Shown here in pieces: positions 63,790 through 64,000 of a DNA stretch of 64,000 nt. Under the pieces are notes generated by a model that worked only from the letters and a program-made list of their open reading frames with translations, was not told where the DNA came from and searched no databases. The stretch is from a virus (taxonomy: Duplodnaviria; Caudoviricetes). Numbering within the stretch: the stretch's first letter is position 1; each line of letters opens with the position of its first letter. The DNA is taken from IMG/VR virus record IMGVR_UViG_3300037991_006036, positions 32,001-96,000 of that record. The stretch is one strand, 5' to 3'. The translations under genes and the position numbers were made by a program.

Positions 63790-64000
63790 CTATTTTTTAG
63801 TTTCTTTGTGCTGATCGATTTTTTCTAGAATTTTAGATAGTACGTCTAATTGAATCCAACCACTCAGTGAAGCGTTTTTAAGTGCGCTGATAAGTTGGAA
63901 TATTAGGAAAGGAACAACAACGGTTTCACTTAACCAACCCGTTCCTACAAAGCCCTTTTCTACAGCTAAGATTACACCTAAGATAACCCACCACAATACT
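63790..64000 (-). CDS. Holin-like membrane protein (5' end outside the window)
   Basis: Two hydrophobic segments, then QLISALKNASLSGW and a charged tail, similar to phage holin 4_1 (SxxEN..G). The frame stays open to the window edge. Confidence 0.6.
   Translation of the reverse strand, partial: VLWWVILGVILAVEKGFVGTGWLSETVVVPFLIFQLISALKNASLSGWIQLDVLSKILEKIDQHKETKK

Noticed and set aside
1-64000. Stop-codon reassignment, as seen in some large phages
   Set aside because: Conserved genes are full length under the standard code, and TAA, TAG (terminase) and TGA all end genes at tight junctions.
1-64000. tRNA/rRNA genes, CRISPR arrays, transposases, integrases
   Set aside because: Intergenic gaps are nearly all under 90 bp (largest ~146 bp) and show no cloverleaf or repeat-spacer pattern. 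No ORF has the relevant motifs.

Overview
The window is a 64-kb segment of a large, AT-rich, T4-superfamily (contractile-tailed) phage genome, read with the standard genetic code. Every credible gene is on the minus strand, and the + strand ORFs look like shadows. In transcription order (high to low coordinates) it holds: a partial holin; a Cys-type Ntn hydrolase; three lectin-fold proteins sharing one leader; hpt; a tail fibre; an HD hydrolase and gp55-like late sigma; a split gp5-like spike module with two cell-wall hydrolases; gp25, gp6 and other baseplate/tail proteins; SAM decarboxylase; a T7-endo-I-type resolvase; primase; an Mre11-Rad50 fusion; a block of candidate internal head proteins; a spanin-like pair; terminase, portal, prohead protease, scaffold and a partial major capsid protein. 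A Bacteroidota host is inferred from A-rich leaders without Shine-Dalgarno, a Gln+1 signal peptide, D-S-hydrophobic sequons and a LETM1-like domain. Four signals stand out. (1) A candidate protease-gated capsid-cargo system: [ILV]-x-E sites follow short leaders and separate enzyme modules, and one Ntn hydrolase has its nucleophile Cys directly after such a site. (2) A [S/T]-[G/A/S]-S tripeptide is strongly enriched in outer virion proteins and the capsid insertion domain, suggesting a modification sequon. (3) A 13-copy TATTTAT(A/T) motif, the reverse complement of the T4 late box, sits just upstream of structural genes. (4) Three lectin proteins form a common-leader cassette. All family calls come from motif recognition by eye; no database searches were run.
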